Under the pieces are notes generated by a model. It was not told where the DNA came from. It saw only the letters and a list, made by a program, of their open reading frames with translations, and did no database searches. Below, in pieces: positions 1-9,659 of a stretch of DNA of 39,056 nt; positions within the stretch are counted from its first letter, which is position 1; every line of letters starts with the position of its first letter. The translations under genes were made by a program, and so were the position numbers. This DNA comes from Jimgerdemannia flammicorona. Its lineage: Eukaryota. The DNA lies in the NCBI GenBank assembly GCA_003990765.1, contig RBNJ01000153.1:1-39056 (forward strand). The letters are read 5' to 3'.

Positions 1-422
1 AAAAAAAAAAAAAAAGAGGGTAGTTAGTAAGAATATGGCGATATCCAGTCAATGATCCTTTAACCATATTTGCTCACCTGCAGACATTTCAAACTGCTCA
101 TCATCTTTTTGCTTTTTCGGTGGATGAATGTCACTATTGACTGTGTTTTTAGTTGGGCACTTAGTTCATTTGGTTCCTTTAGGCTCTGGTGGAATATAAA
201 GTGTAAATATAAAACATATATTTTATAAGTAAGTGAACTGATTTTAGCAGCTATGCTTACTTGAGAGAGGGTTCATTGCCTTGTTGATCATCTGTTCTAT
301 GATATCTTTATCAAGTTGATATTTGGCTCCATATACATCCATATAGCTGCCCTCTGATACAAAGCAACAAGGTTAGCTCATACTCTTATACATCAGATCA
401 TTCTAGATAATAACTTACCCAA

Positions 423-890
423 TGTAACATAGTGGATGCTTACTCTTAAAAGTACATCAGATTTCTGTATCTTGAATACTTGATCTTCTGTGACTCCTCA
501 GAGTCCTTGGGATACAGGGGTGGATGAGTTCGAAGTGTATCTGCCCACAGACTTACTAGTTCCTTTGCTATCTATTTACTTTTGAACTATTTCGATCTGA
601 GGTTTATTCACTCTAAGATACTGGGTTATTTATACAAGTTTTGCTAACTATAAGGTGGCTAAGTAATGGCTCATTTCACAAGTGTTGAATCTTTTAACAT
701 CTGCCAAGATTTCGCTGATTGCGAGGATTCTAACATCTCCTAAATCTTTGCAAATGTTAAAGTTTCTGCACTTTGTGAAATGTGGCTGCTATTTATGAGG
801 CTAAGCTATATTAGGAATCGGATTCAGGTACTGCGATCAAATGTCTAATATTCCCCTGTTTCATGTTACTAATTCGGATCAGCTGTCACA
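423..890 (-). repeat. 3' LTR of the short element (~468 bp)
   Basis: Aligns along its length with 3652-4117; tgtaaca..tcaca ends. Confidence 0.95.
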
Positions 891-1154
891 TCTTCCTCCT
901 AAATAGATGATTCGTCTCAGAAGTATCCTATTCACTTGAATTCCCAGGCTTCTACAATTTGTATTTCTTTATACTGTGTGATTTGTGTCATTATGTCCTT
1001 CCAATGTTGTCTCTTGACATATCCAAAGTCTCCTGGGGTTATTTTTTGGAAATGGGCTAAGGCTGCCTTGTCATCTTTGAATAACTTGTGCACTCTTTTT
1101 GCAATTGTGATCTGAGTGTAGGAGAGCTGACATTCTCTGATCCAGTCTTCTTTG

Positions 1155-1490
1155 TCAGACTGGGAAGATCAACATCTGTGCCAGTTGGTCCTTCTTCTTG
1201 ATTGGGAATAGAATAGTAGGATTGTGATTCTTAGTGATGAGTAGTATTTCTCCAATGTAGTCTGAATCAATGACTCCTCCTTCAATCATAATTTCACTTC
1301 TTGCCAAACTGCTTCTTGTCTTAAGGATCCTGACATGATCCTTTGGGATGGTCATCTCTAGGCCAGTTGCAAGTAGAGTGGTTGTCTGGGGTTCAAGTAC
1401 AGTTTTCTCCACTGTGGCGATATCCATTCCAGCTGCATTTTCTGATTTGTATTCTGGCAGGATGGCATCAGGGTGAATCTTCTGAATTTT
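1155..1490 (-). pseudogene. dut: dUTPase domain relic
   Basis: Motifs AGMDI, TGL, RSSLA, GGVIDSDYIGEI, AQM match trimeric dUTPase motifs 1-4; motif 5 (RGxxGFGS) not seen. Confidence 0.88.
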
Positions 1491-1856
1491 GACCTTGATT
1501 TCTTCTTCATCATCACTGTCCTCCAGAAGGGCTGGTGGTTCATCATCTTCCTCCTCCTCCTTTTCCTCTTTGGCTTGTTCCTTGAGGGTCTTCTCTCTTC
1601 TTTAGTGGTAGATCTCCTTGATTTTGCCAGTGTACTGGTAGCACTCATTGACATGCTCCATACAGTACATTTGGATCCCATGTGGGCAGACTCCTTGTGG
1701 TACATATCCTCCTGGGATCTTCTTGCACCATTCTTCTTCACTCATCCATCTGACTTTCTTCTTCTTTTTCTGTGTGGTCACCATGTAAGCTTCTTCTTGC
1801 TTGCTCTCTTCTTCCTCCATGTCAGGTAAGACTTCTTTGTTGACATTGATGGGAAT

Positions 1857-2200
1857 TCATATCTTCTGTCTCCGGTAGGTGATTTGCATCTTCTGGACAT
1901 TGAGATCGATTACTGCCCTGGCTTTGTGAAGCCATTGATTGCCAATAAGGATGTCATAGTTGGTGGCATTGGTTACAATTACATCTACTGGGATAGTCGC
2001 TCCTCCAATCTTGATGGGGACTTCTCGGATCTTTCCCAGAGGGGTGGCTCTTGTGCTGTCTGCTGTGACAAAAACCAACTTGGTTGCTTCTTCAACTTCT
2101 CAGCCTAGGCAGTCTGCTGCTTTCTTGCTCTCCTGCTCCAGTATCTATGATGGCTTCAAAGACCCTATTTTCGATTTGACATGTTGCATAGGCAGAGGTT
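1857..2200 (-). pseudogene. Retroviral-type aspartic protease relic
   Basis: AIIDTGA active site (~2135-2151) and DILIGNQWL flap-region motif, in different frames. Confidence 0.85.
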
Positions 2201-2229
2201 TTGCGATTGTCTTCACTTTCTTCTCCTGA

Positions 2230-3549
2230 GTCCTCTTGAACATTATTGGCCTTGGTTATCTTCCATCCTTGCTCCTTGGTTGTTTCAGCAAGTCTGAACC
2301 TCATTTGTTGTCTGAATGTTGGGATATCTGTGAGCTGTCCAAAGGTTGTGTTGACCTTTTGTTGGCTAAGATCCTTGAAGATATCATACTTGAAAGTCTT
2401 GGTCTTGCGAAGTTTCTTTTCTTTTTCTCCTTCGCTAGCTGGGGTAGTTCCTCAGATAATATCTTGAACTGCTTGCTCCAGCTCCATATCTTGGTCCATC
2501 TCTTCGGCTTGGCTTTCAGTGGCTGTTTCCATCTGCTTTTCTACTGGGTTCTTCTTGGGTCTTCCTGGTGGTCTCTTGTATGGTTCCTTGTGAACATCCT
2601 TCTTGGTAGTCTGAGCAGGATAGACCTCCCATTCTTCTTCATCAGAATCTCCAATTTCCTCAAAGGTAATTGTATTGGCCTGCTCCTTGTTTCATGTAGC
2701 ATTGCTTGGTTGAGCCTTGCACTTGGTTTCACTCATGCATTCATAGGAGTAGTGGCCTTCTTCTCCACAGATATAGCAGGTACCTTTCTTCTTGTCTGAG
2801 GTGGCAGCAAACTTTTGAACTGGGCAGCAGTTTCTTCCTTGGATTTCTTTTACCACATCTCCCAGTTGGGCAATCATTTCGGCGAACCTCTTGGCAAGTT
2901 CCTCCATAGGGTCACTGTTATTTTGCTGCTCTGTAGTTTTTGGCTGAGGTGTGTTTCGATTGATCATTGTAGTAGTGATCATGCTGGTTGCCTTGGGTGT
3001 TTCAATTCTGACTCCTGTGACTCTTTCCATTGTATGGTCTTGTGGGTGTCTGGCTGTCCAATATCACTGAGTATAGGTGACCTTCTGTGGCAGATCCAGG
3101 ACTACTGGTGATGAATGGATGGCCATGGCTATCTCTGGGCGAACTCCTTTCATGAAGGTTGCTTTGGCTACTTGATCTCAGATAGCAGCAGCATAATCTA
3201 CAAGGATTATCTGATATCGAATTCTGGTATAGAATGTGTTTGGATCCTCACTCATTTCTTGGCATATTGTGTTGAGCTGATCCTTCAAGGCTTGCTTGAT
3301 CTCATCTGTATAATATGTATTTTGGAGCCAGGTCTTCTGTGCTGTTAGTATAGCATCAGCATCATTTCCTATATGGGTTGTGGCTGTGAATGCTGCTCTG
3401 GCAGAGCCTCGTACGCTGAAGGGCATGAGGGCTACTTGCTGTGCTGCTGTCAGGGTCCTTACAGTGGCATACTACTCGAAATCATCAATGAAGGTAATGA
3501 TTGATTCATCTGAGGTATACCCGTGGAATACTGGTGGTCTCATATCCAT
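2230..3549 (-). pseudogene. gag: gag relic with CCHC zinc knuckle
   Basis: MRPPVFHG..FIDDFE start, major-homology-like QEMSEDPNTFYTR, and CYICGEEGHYSYEC knuckle at 2737-2778; many stops. Confidence 0.8.
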
Positions 3550-3651
3550 TTTGTCCGAGTATTGTGGCTAGATTTGTGTAGTGGCAGTTGTTCATTGTTC
3601 AGCTTGAAAGTGAGAGATTTGTCTTGAATTACCAGCCAATGGGCACCAAGT

Positions 3652-4117
3652 TGTAACATAGCAGATGCTTACTCTTGAAAGTACATCAGATTTCTGTATC
3701 TTGAATACTTGATCTTCTGTGACTCCTCAGAGTCCTTGGGATGTAGGGGTGGATGAGTTTGTAGTATATCTGCCCGCAGGCTTACTAGTTCCTTTGCTAT
3801 CTCTTTGCTTTTGAACTATTTCGATCTGAGGTTTATTCACTCTAAGATACTGGGTTATTTATACAAGTTTTGCTAACTATAAGATGGCTAAGTAATGGCT
3901 CATTTCGCAAGTATTGAATCTTTTAACATCTGCTAAGATTTCACTAATTGCAAGGATTCTAACATCTCCTAAATCTTTGCAAATGTTAAAGTTTCTGCAA
4001 TTTGCAAAATGTGACTGCTATTTATGAGGCTAAGCTATATTGGGAATTGGATTCAGGTACTGTAATCAAATGTCTAATTCCCCTGTTTCATGTTACTAAT
4101 TCGGATCAGCCATCACA
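3652..4117 (-). repeat. 5' LTR of the short element
   Basis: Aligns with 423-890; followed on the minus strand by a TGG-starting PBS-like sequence. Confidence 0.95.
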
Positions 4118-5039
4118 CCAAGTAGCTGTGACTTCACAGGTCTGGATCACCACCAATTGTAATATGTAATCATTCTAATAACCTTTGGTGCCTTGGAGAA
4201 CATTATGTGCCATTTGATTGCATATTTTGTTTTTTGTTGTTTGTGAGGATTTCAATGGTGTTCTCTTTGTTTTCTCCTTCAAATAAGGTTTTGTAGTTAT
4301 CTTTGTAGGCGATCAGAAAATTCAGCATACCTAAAGTGTCAGCATTGGCAAAATCAGGTTTGATCTTTGGATAAGATTTGTTGCCAAATGATGTGACCTC
4401 TGTAGTTGTGATACAATTTGCATTCCAAACCAAAAATTGGAATAAGTTCCTCTCAGCAAAGTTGAGGACCTTCTCAACAATCCTGCCTTGTTTATGAGGG
4501 GAGAACAAGAAGTGATATTAGAGTGGTAGCAGCAGAGAGGAGTTACTTGGCATTATTTTGCAAAGGCCAAGAATTCAGCCATATTCTTTATTGAAAACTG
4601 GGACCTCTAATTCTTAAAACCACTGCCATAAGATGATATGTGCTACTTGTTTATTTCAGAATATTTCATTAGTGGTGAGAATATTGCCAAGTATACTGTG
4701 AATTACATTCTTGGTGACTGTCACCATTGTGCAGAGTGCATGGAGGGCATTGATTGTTTCATGTAAATTACTTTTGATATTTTGCCTGGTAACTCCAGAT
4801 TGGAGCCAAATTACTATAATATCTGTTCAGATATTGGGGGCAATGCATTGAGTTTGTATATTGGGGGGACAAGAAGTACCTTGTGGTATTTTATTTTATT
4901 TTTCTTGTATTTTTATTGAATCCATCAAAAATGGTTGGTGATATCACAAGGATTCTTACCCTGAAACTCAGATATATATAAAGTCTTCTACAAGGCATGG
5001 TAGCTAGAATCACTCAGATTGGGATAGACAATGATGTGA

Positions 5040-6620
5040 CCATTCATCTACTTAAATGGTTCAGGCCAACCTTATACATCAGCAAGTGAGGATTTGTATC
5101 CTTAGACTGGATGCACACCTGGCTCCACCTGAAGCATGTGTCTCTGATGAGTAGATGTGGGAGATCTGCAGAGTCTGGAAATCTTACAATAGATATAGAT
5201 TTTATAGTAAACATCAAGTGCCTATGGTTTATGAAGAATATTATACAAAAAGGGTGTTTGGATAGAAATGATGTTGAATGACAGGGTCTAAGGAAATAAT
5301 ACCTAAGGGAGATAGTGGAAATTTCATCATCATAGAACTTTTGACTACACAGCTGCCAGTAAGAAGCAGAAGAAGTAGGTAGAAATTTCTTATTTGTAAC
5401 ACCCATATTTGGCTCCAAAAGCCACAGGTCTCGCTCTTTAACTTTTGTTACATTCTTGGTAAGGAGTGATGCATCTCACTAATTGCAACTGGACTTCTTG
5501 TAATATTGTTTGTTGCTATTGGTGCTGATTGGTACAGACTCAGGCAGGCTTACAGAATGAGCATGTTAAAGTCTTGTTCATCACTCTCTTCTTCCTTGTT
5601 GTTGTAGTGTGGAGTTTCAGAATATTGACTGCTATATAATTTGTAGTGGATAGTGATCCTTATATTTGTCAGATTCTTTCCAGTATGGCCTTCAAGCACA
5701 GATTTGTCAGCATATGCAAGGCATTTCAGTAGTGTCCATTTTTACAAGTATAGGTTTGTTATTTTTAGTATTTAGGCAAGGGGTATTGTGATAGTTGGTA
5801 ATAATCTTCTATTCTTGTCTTATGGGGTCCATGTGATTGCTGATCTTGTATTAATTTTCCAAAGCCTTCTTTATCAGAATTTGGCCTTCTCAGGTGAACT
5901 GTCATTGTTAATACCAAGTGGTTGGAGTCCAGAATCATTTTTTCTGTTCTTGTATTAGAATCTTCTTTATATCTGATCTTCTAAGGTAATATAGTGGCAG
6001 ATGCTGTGGCAGAATATCATGTTGAATTTCAGAGCTGGACATCTGGTGGATGGTGGCCGATTGGATTGTGAGGAGTGTTATAATGTAGGGCAAGTTGGGG
6101 GCTTTGTACAGATGCCAGAACATTGGTTGGGAGAGTGTGAGGTTCTGGGGAACTTTTGGGTAGCTGTAGGGGACTGACTGGGTGTAGAGAGGAGGCTAGA
6201 TGATGAGAGAGAGCACTGGGAGGATTTGAAGTCTTGATTAGTAGATAGAGTGGGTAATAGTTGGCTCACTTTAGGGTGGGTCTTAGCAGTATGGGTTGGG
6301 CTGGCTGGACACTGGTTGTTTATTTTTGAGGAGGAGCAATAGATGGGCTTACAGGAGAAGTTGTTAAGATAGGAGTGATTGGTGGGAGATTTGCTAGCTG
6401 AGTGGTGGGTGGGCTGGGGTCCCCAGGATGGGCACTGATGCTATCTAGTGGAAGAGATCTGTGAATTGAGTGGGGGGAGAGTGGTAATGGTATTGGACAA
6501 AGTGGTCTTTCATCATGAGAGGGTGGCCCTCCCAGGGGGATTGGTTAGGGATGGGCATGGTATAATATATAGAGTCTAGATAGGTGTATTAATAAAGAAA
6601 GAAAGGAGTCCAAGTGACTA

Positions 6621-6630
<10 letters not shown>
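5040..6630 (+). mobile_element. 3' portion of a probable LINE-like element ending in poly(A)
   Basis: ~6035-6630 matches 12660-13264; both end AATAAA..GTCCAAGTGACTAT-poly(A). No clear protein motif is recognised and the left boundary is approximate. Confidence 0.55.
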
Positions 6631-6652
<22 letters not shown>

Positions 6653-8247
6653 TCTGATCTTCTATATATCAGATCTCCTATATATCAGATCTTCTTTATG
6701 CTAGCAATGTGGAAAAGAGTGAAAAGAATGCAATGATTATTTAGTGAGTTGATAATTGTCTATGTTCACAGCATCCTATTTTGAAGGATAGTGTCTACCT
6801 ATTATCTAATCTTGCTAGGTTGCTGGAAGTTATAGTTTTATAGAGAGGTTCACTCTGTTCTATCATCATTCTGAAAATTCAATAGATAAATCTTCAGCAA
6901 TATTAACTTCAAGGCATGCATATCAATCTTCTTAGATTAGATGCTTCATATTGGTCACTGCTTTCCTGTTTGAATTTCTTCAGATGATGGTATGCCATAG
7001 TCAGTAGTTTTTCTGACCAGTTTTTTGATATAGCATAGTAGGCAATAATTTTTAGTTAGTAACACTTTTAGGAGATTTGCAGTTGTCTAAATGAGTTCTT
7101 AAAGAAGTTGTTATGGGAGCTGTTGTTAGGTCCTCAAATTTCAAAGATCCTCATCATCAATAATATCACTATTACTAGTAAGGATAGAAGTTTTGCATAG
7201 AAAGTAATTATTATGCCCCTCTCATATTACAGATTTGAGATTAGGGTCTTTTTAGAAGACATCTGCAATTGCACTACCCTGCTATCTATCTCACTATTGG
7301 CTTATGATGATGATGCTCAATGACAATATACAAACAACATACTGCCAAAAGCCAAGAGCATCAAAAAGCTACCTTCTCAGGCTCTCTATGAATAAATTCC
7401 ATCAAATAAAAAAAAATAGCAAAGACCAGTATAAATTTTACTTGATTTTGCTTACTCTGAAAATCCCATTACTGATCTCTCTCAATGGAATGTGCATTAA
7501 GTTCTGATCTTTGGTCTTGAAATGATTAGAGAAACTATGTTTACTATGTTATTAAAGCTCTAGAGGCCACTATTATTCAGTTTTCCATTCATCTCTATCA
7601 GTACAATATTTTGCAACATTCATTTCAGTAGACATTTCTTCTGCATAAGGTATTCCTTTGGTGGTATTATTCAGACTTATATATATAGTATCATCTATAT
7701 AGTTGGTCTTAGTGATGCAAGTAATTTTGGTGAGATATAATTCTTCTCTAATATGGAAAATCTGTACACATTGGCATTCAGCCACATCTGCTCTAAATTC
7801 TAGACTTAAATAGAATAGCTTGGAGCTGCAAGAATTCTATCAAAATAAATAAGAGTGGTATTTGAATAGTTAAGTTGGGAATAGATAATAAATAGATATC
7901 ACTTTAGCTTGAATTACAGATGAGTTAATCTATAATTTTACATATAAAAACAATATAATATTATATAAATTACTTTTATTTGTTTAGTTTATATTTTATG
8001 TAAAGAAAAGATAATTATTTATAAATTTAATAAACCTAAGACACACCTGAAGGATAGCTATAGATGATAAGAGATTGGTGTAGATAATTTATAATTGTTA
8101 TAGCATCTGTAGACTATAGAATACAGACCTGGCCTCAGTTCAATATAGTGGAAACGCATGGTAAACCGACCCTTATGGTTGTAGTGTGGAAATGAAAGAC
8201 GACAGAACTAAAATCGCAAAAACGTGATGGTGACGACATGACAATTC

Positions 8248-8271
8248 TGTGACGTCACAATTTTTTTTTTT
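8248..8271. promoter_or_regulatory. Palindrome TGTGACGTCACA (CRE/ATF-type TGACGTCA) followed by a poly(T) tract; candidate promoter
   Basis: Perfect 12-bp palindrome 8248-8259 and T-run 8261-8271 near the start of the CpG-rich island. Confidence 0.4.
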
Positions 8272-8572
8272 GTTGACGGGTTCAAAACAATGATCCTGCA
8301 GCGGACGGCAGATTTCCCTGTTGGCGTCAGCGCCGGGTTACATGATTCCCATCTATTCCTGCAGTAGACGTAGATCTTCGGCACCCACGTCGAATACCCG
8401 TTTACTGCGTGGCTACGATGGCTAACATGAACGCCTTTCGTGTGGATCCCAATCAGCGGGCGTGAACGTTTTAGGGTGATTCGGCAGTTTGGCAGCTGGC
8501 CGTAGTTGCCTTGGTGTTCGTGGGGCGGTTGCCTTATGCCTAGCGCTACAGCTGCTAAATATCTCTGTACAG
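8272..8572 (+). ncRNA. Candidate structured ncRNA of unknown identity ending at an ATAAGT 5'SS-like site
   Basis: CpG-rich, no credible plus-strand ORF, several possible helices (GACGGGT/ACCCGTT; GCAGCT..GTAG/CTAC-AGCTGC); followed by AG|ATAAGT (8573-8578) and TACTAAC (8630-8636). Start is a guess. Confidence 0.35.
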
Positions 8573-8660
8573 ATAAGTATTTTATATTAACGTGGCGAAC
8601 CTTGTATAATCTTCGAAATCCGTAACACCTACTAACTTTACTTTTGACCTGTTCCTTATG

Positions 8661-8716
8661 CCGGTCTTGGTTGCTGTAAACCAACTGATGAGCCCCTTAA
8701 GCAAGGGCGAAACCGG
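8661..8716 (+). ncRNA. Type III hammerhead ribozyme
   Basis: CCGGUC^ UUGGUU-gcugua-AACCAA CUGAUGA GCCC-cuuaagcaa-GGGC GAA ACCGG. Core CUGAUGA at 8685-8691 and GAAA at 8709-8712, GUC triplet with predicted cleavage after 8666, stem I 6 bp, stem II at least 4 bp with G10.1-C11.1, stem III CCGGU/ACCGG. Confidence 0.92.
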
Positions 8717-8984
8717 TTCTATAGAAACACATCTGCACGCAACCCATCTTCCAATGTCCATTGTTGTGGCCACCCGCACAATACGTGCTATGATTAACTG
8801 AGCATGGTCCCGTAGCGAGAATGTGCCATGCGACGTCGACGCGTGTTTGAGGAGGTCACGAGGATGAGGTGGGATTAATAAGAGGTTCAAGGAGAGGCAG
8901 GGGGGACCTTATTTACTTCTCAATCCTTATCCGCATATCCATAATTCGTCTATAGAATCTTCAAGAACTCGTTAAAGCTCAAAG

Positions 8985-9077
8985 GTACGTTCCCCAACTC
9001 TCTGTTCCCTCCACTTAACTATTCCGATCCCACTATCTTAATATATTTATCAACGCCTTTCTTCTTCTAACTCGCAG
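8985..9077 (+). other. Canonical spliceosomal intron (93 nt) of an unidentified transcript
   Basis: AAG|GTACGT donor, pyrimidine-rich body, TTCTAAC branch, CAG acceptor; a further donor GTGAGT at 9127 and possible acceptor TGTCAG at ~9333. Confidence 0.65.
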
Positions 9078-9659
9078 CATCCAAACCGACGTGGATTGCC
9101 ACCGTCGACCAGGTTGTTCGCGTGACGTGAGTGCCTCGTGCGATGGGGATGTTGGGAAGGTGTATATTGTTGGCAGACAATCTCTGTGTTTTTGTAAGAT
9201 CTGTTTGCTTTTTATACTATTTAAGGTGTGATGGTGCGGAGCTCGCGACATACATTTCATTTCCTATTATTTATGTTTTTTAATTTCTGTTTCCAATCGG
9301 GCCTCCCTCATTCTTTCGCCCTGTTGTTTGTCAGAATATGAATCTAATTTCTACATAATTCGCCCGTTGATGCTGCCTATTACTGGCAAATACTCGCGTT
9401 GAGAATGTATGTAGTGTATGGTGCATAATTTCTTAGAACACATGCATACATATTTCATACATGGAACTTGATGAGCAGGCTCAAACCACGACACTGTGGT
9501 AGATCCTAATGGCGAAGAGCGGCACTTTATTGATAATGTATGTAACGAGCTTTTTCGTTTAGTGATATAGATACTGATGACATTAATACATAAGCCACAG
9601 TGGGTGATGCATGGCATAAAGGTTATAGAACCCTCAGAAGTGATCTCTCATGAAATATA

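Larger units (their letters stand above)
423..4117 (-). mobile_element. Non-autonomous Ty3/gypsy-like LTR retrotransposon (gag-PR-dUTPase; no RT/RNaseH/IN seen)
   Basis: Direct repeats 423-890 and 3652-4117 with TG..CA ends; 4-bp TSD CCAA (419-422, 4118-4121); PBS-like TGGTGCCCATTGG next to the 5' LTR; PPT AGGAGGAAGA (891-900) next to the 3' LTR. Confidence 0.92.
78..4508 (-). pseudogene. Multi-exon pseudogene of unknown product, split by the LTR element at 423-4117
   Basis: Minus-strand introns: 418-354 (GTAAGT..GCTAAC..CAG), 260-186 (GTAAGC..CAG), and one from 77 (GTGAGC..TACTAAC..poly-pyrimidine). Removing the element and introns gives one frame continuous with ORF 4508-4203 (..LHITIGGDPDL*SHSYL|EGSYMDVYGAKYQLDKDIIEQMINKAMNPLS|KPKGTK*TKCP..). 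Stops are TGA/TAA, explainable by CGA/CAA decay. The 5' extent may reach ~4930. Confidence 0.7.

Noticed and set aside
1..15. Poly(A) tail of a retro-insertion
   Set aside because: Better explained as the minus-strand polypyrimidine tract after a TACTAAC branch site.
1473..3111. Hydrophobic plus-strand ORFs resembling membrane proteins
   Set aside because: Antisense shadows of the purine-rich gag-pol strand.
5144..5185. Second hammerhead (CTGATGA-GTAGAT..ATCTGC)
   Set aside because: A stem II-like hairpin exists but GAAA does not follow it, and no stems I/III can be formed.
6700..7800. Possible transposase or gene relic
   Set aside because: Too decayed; no motif I can name with support.
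8558..8662. U12-type intron (ATATCTCT.. TTCCTTATG)
   Set aside because: Both motifs deviate from ATATCCTT and TTCCTTRAC, and there is no suitably placed AC/AG acceptor; U2-type ATAAGT/TACTAAC fits better.
8208..8890. Minus-strand ORFs of 158 and 102 aa
   Set aside because: No recognisable motifs, non-ATG starts, and the splice and ribozyme signals point to plus-strand transcription.
9465..9495. TTGATGAGCAGGCTCAAAC as a degenerate hammerhead
   Set aside because: Core mismatches and no supporting helices.
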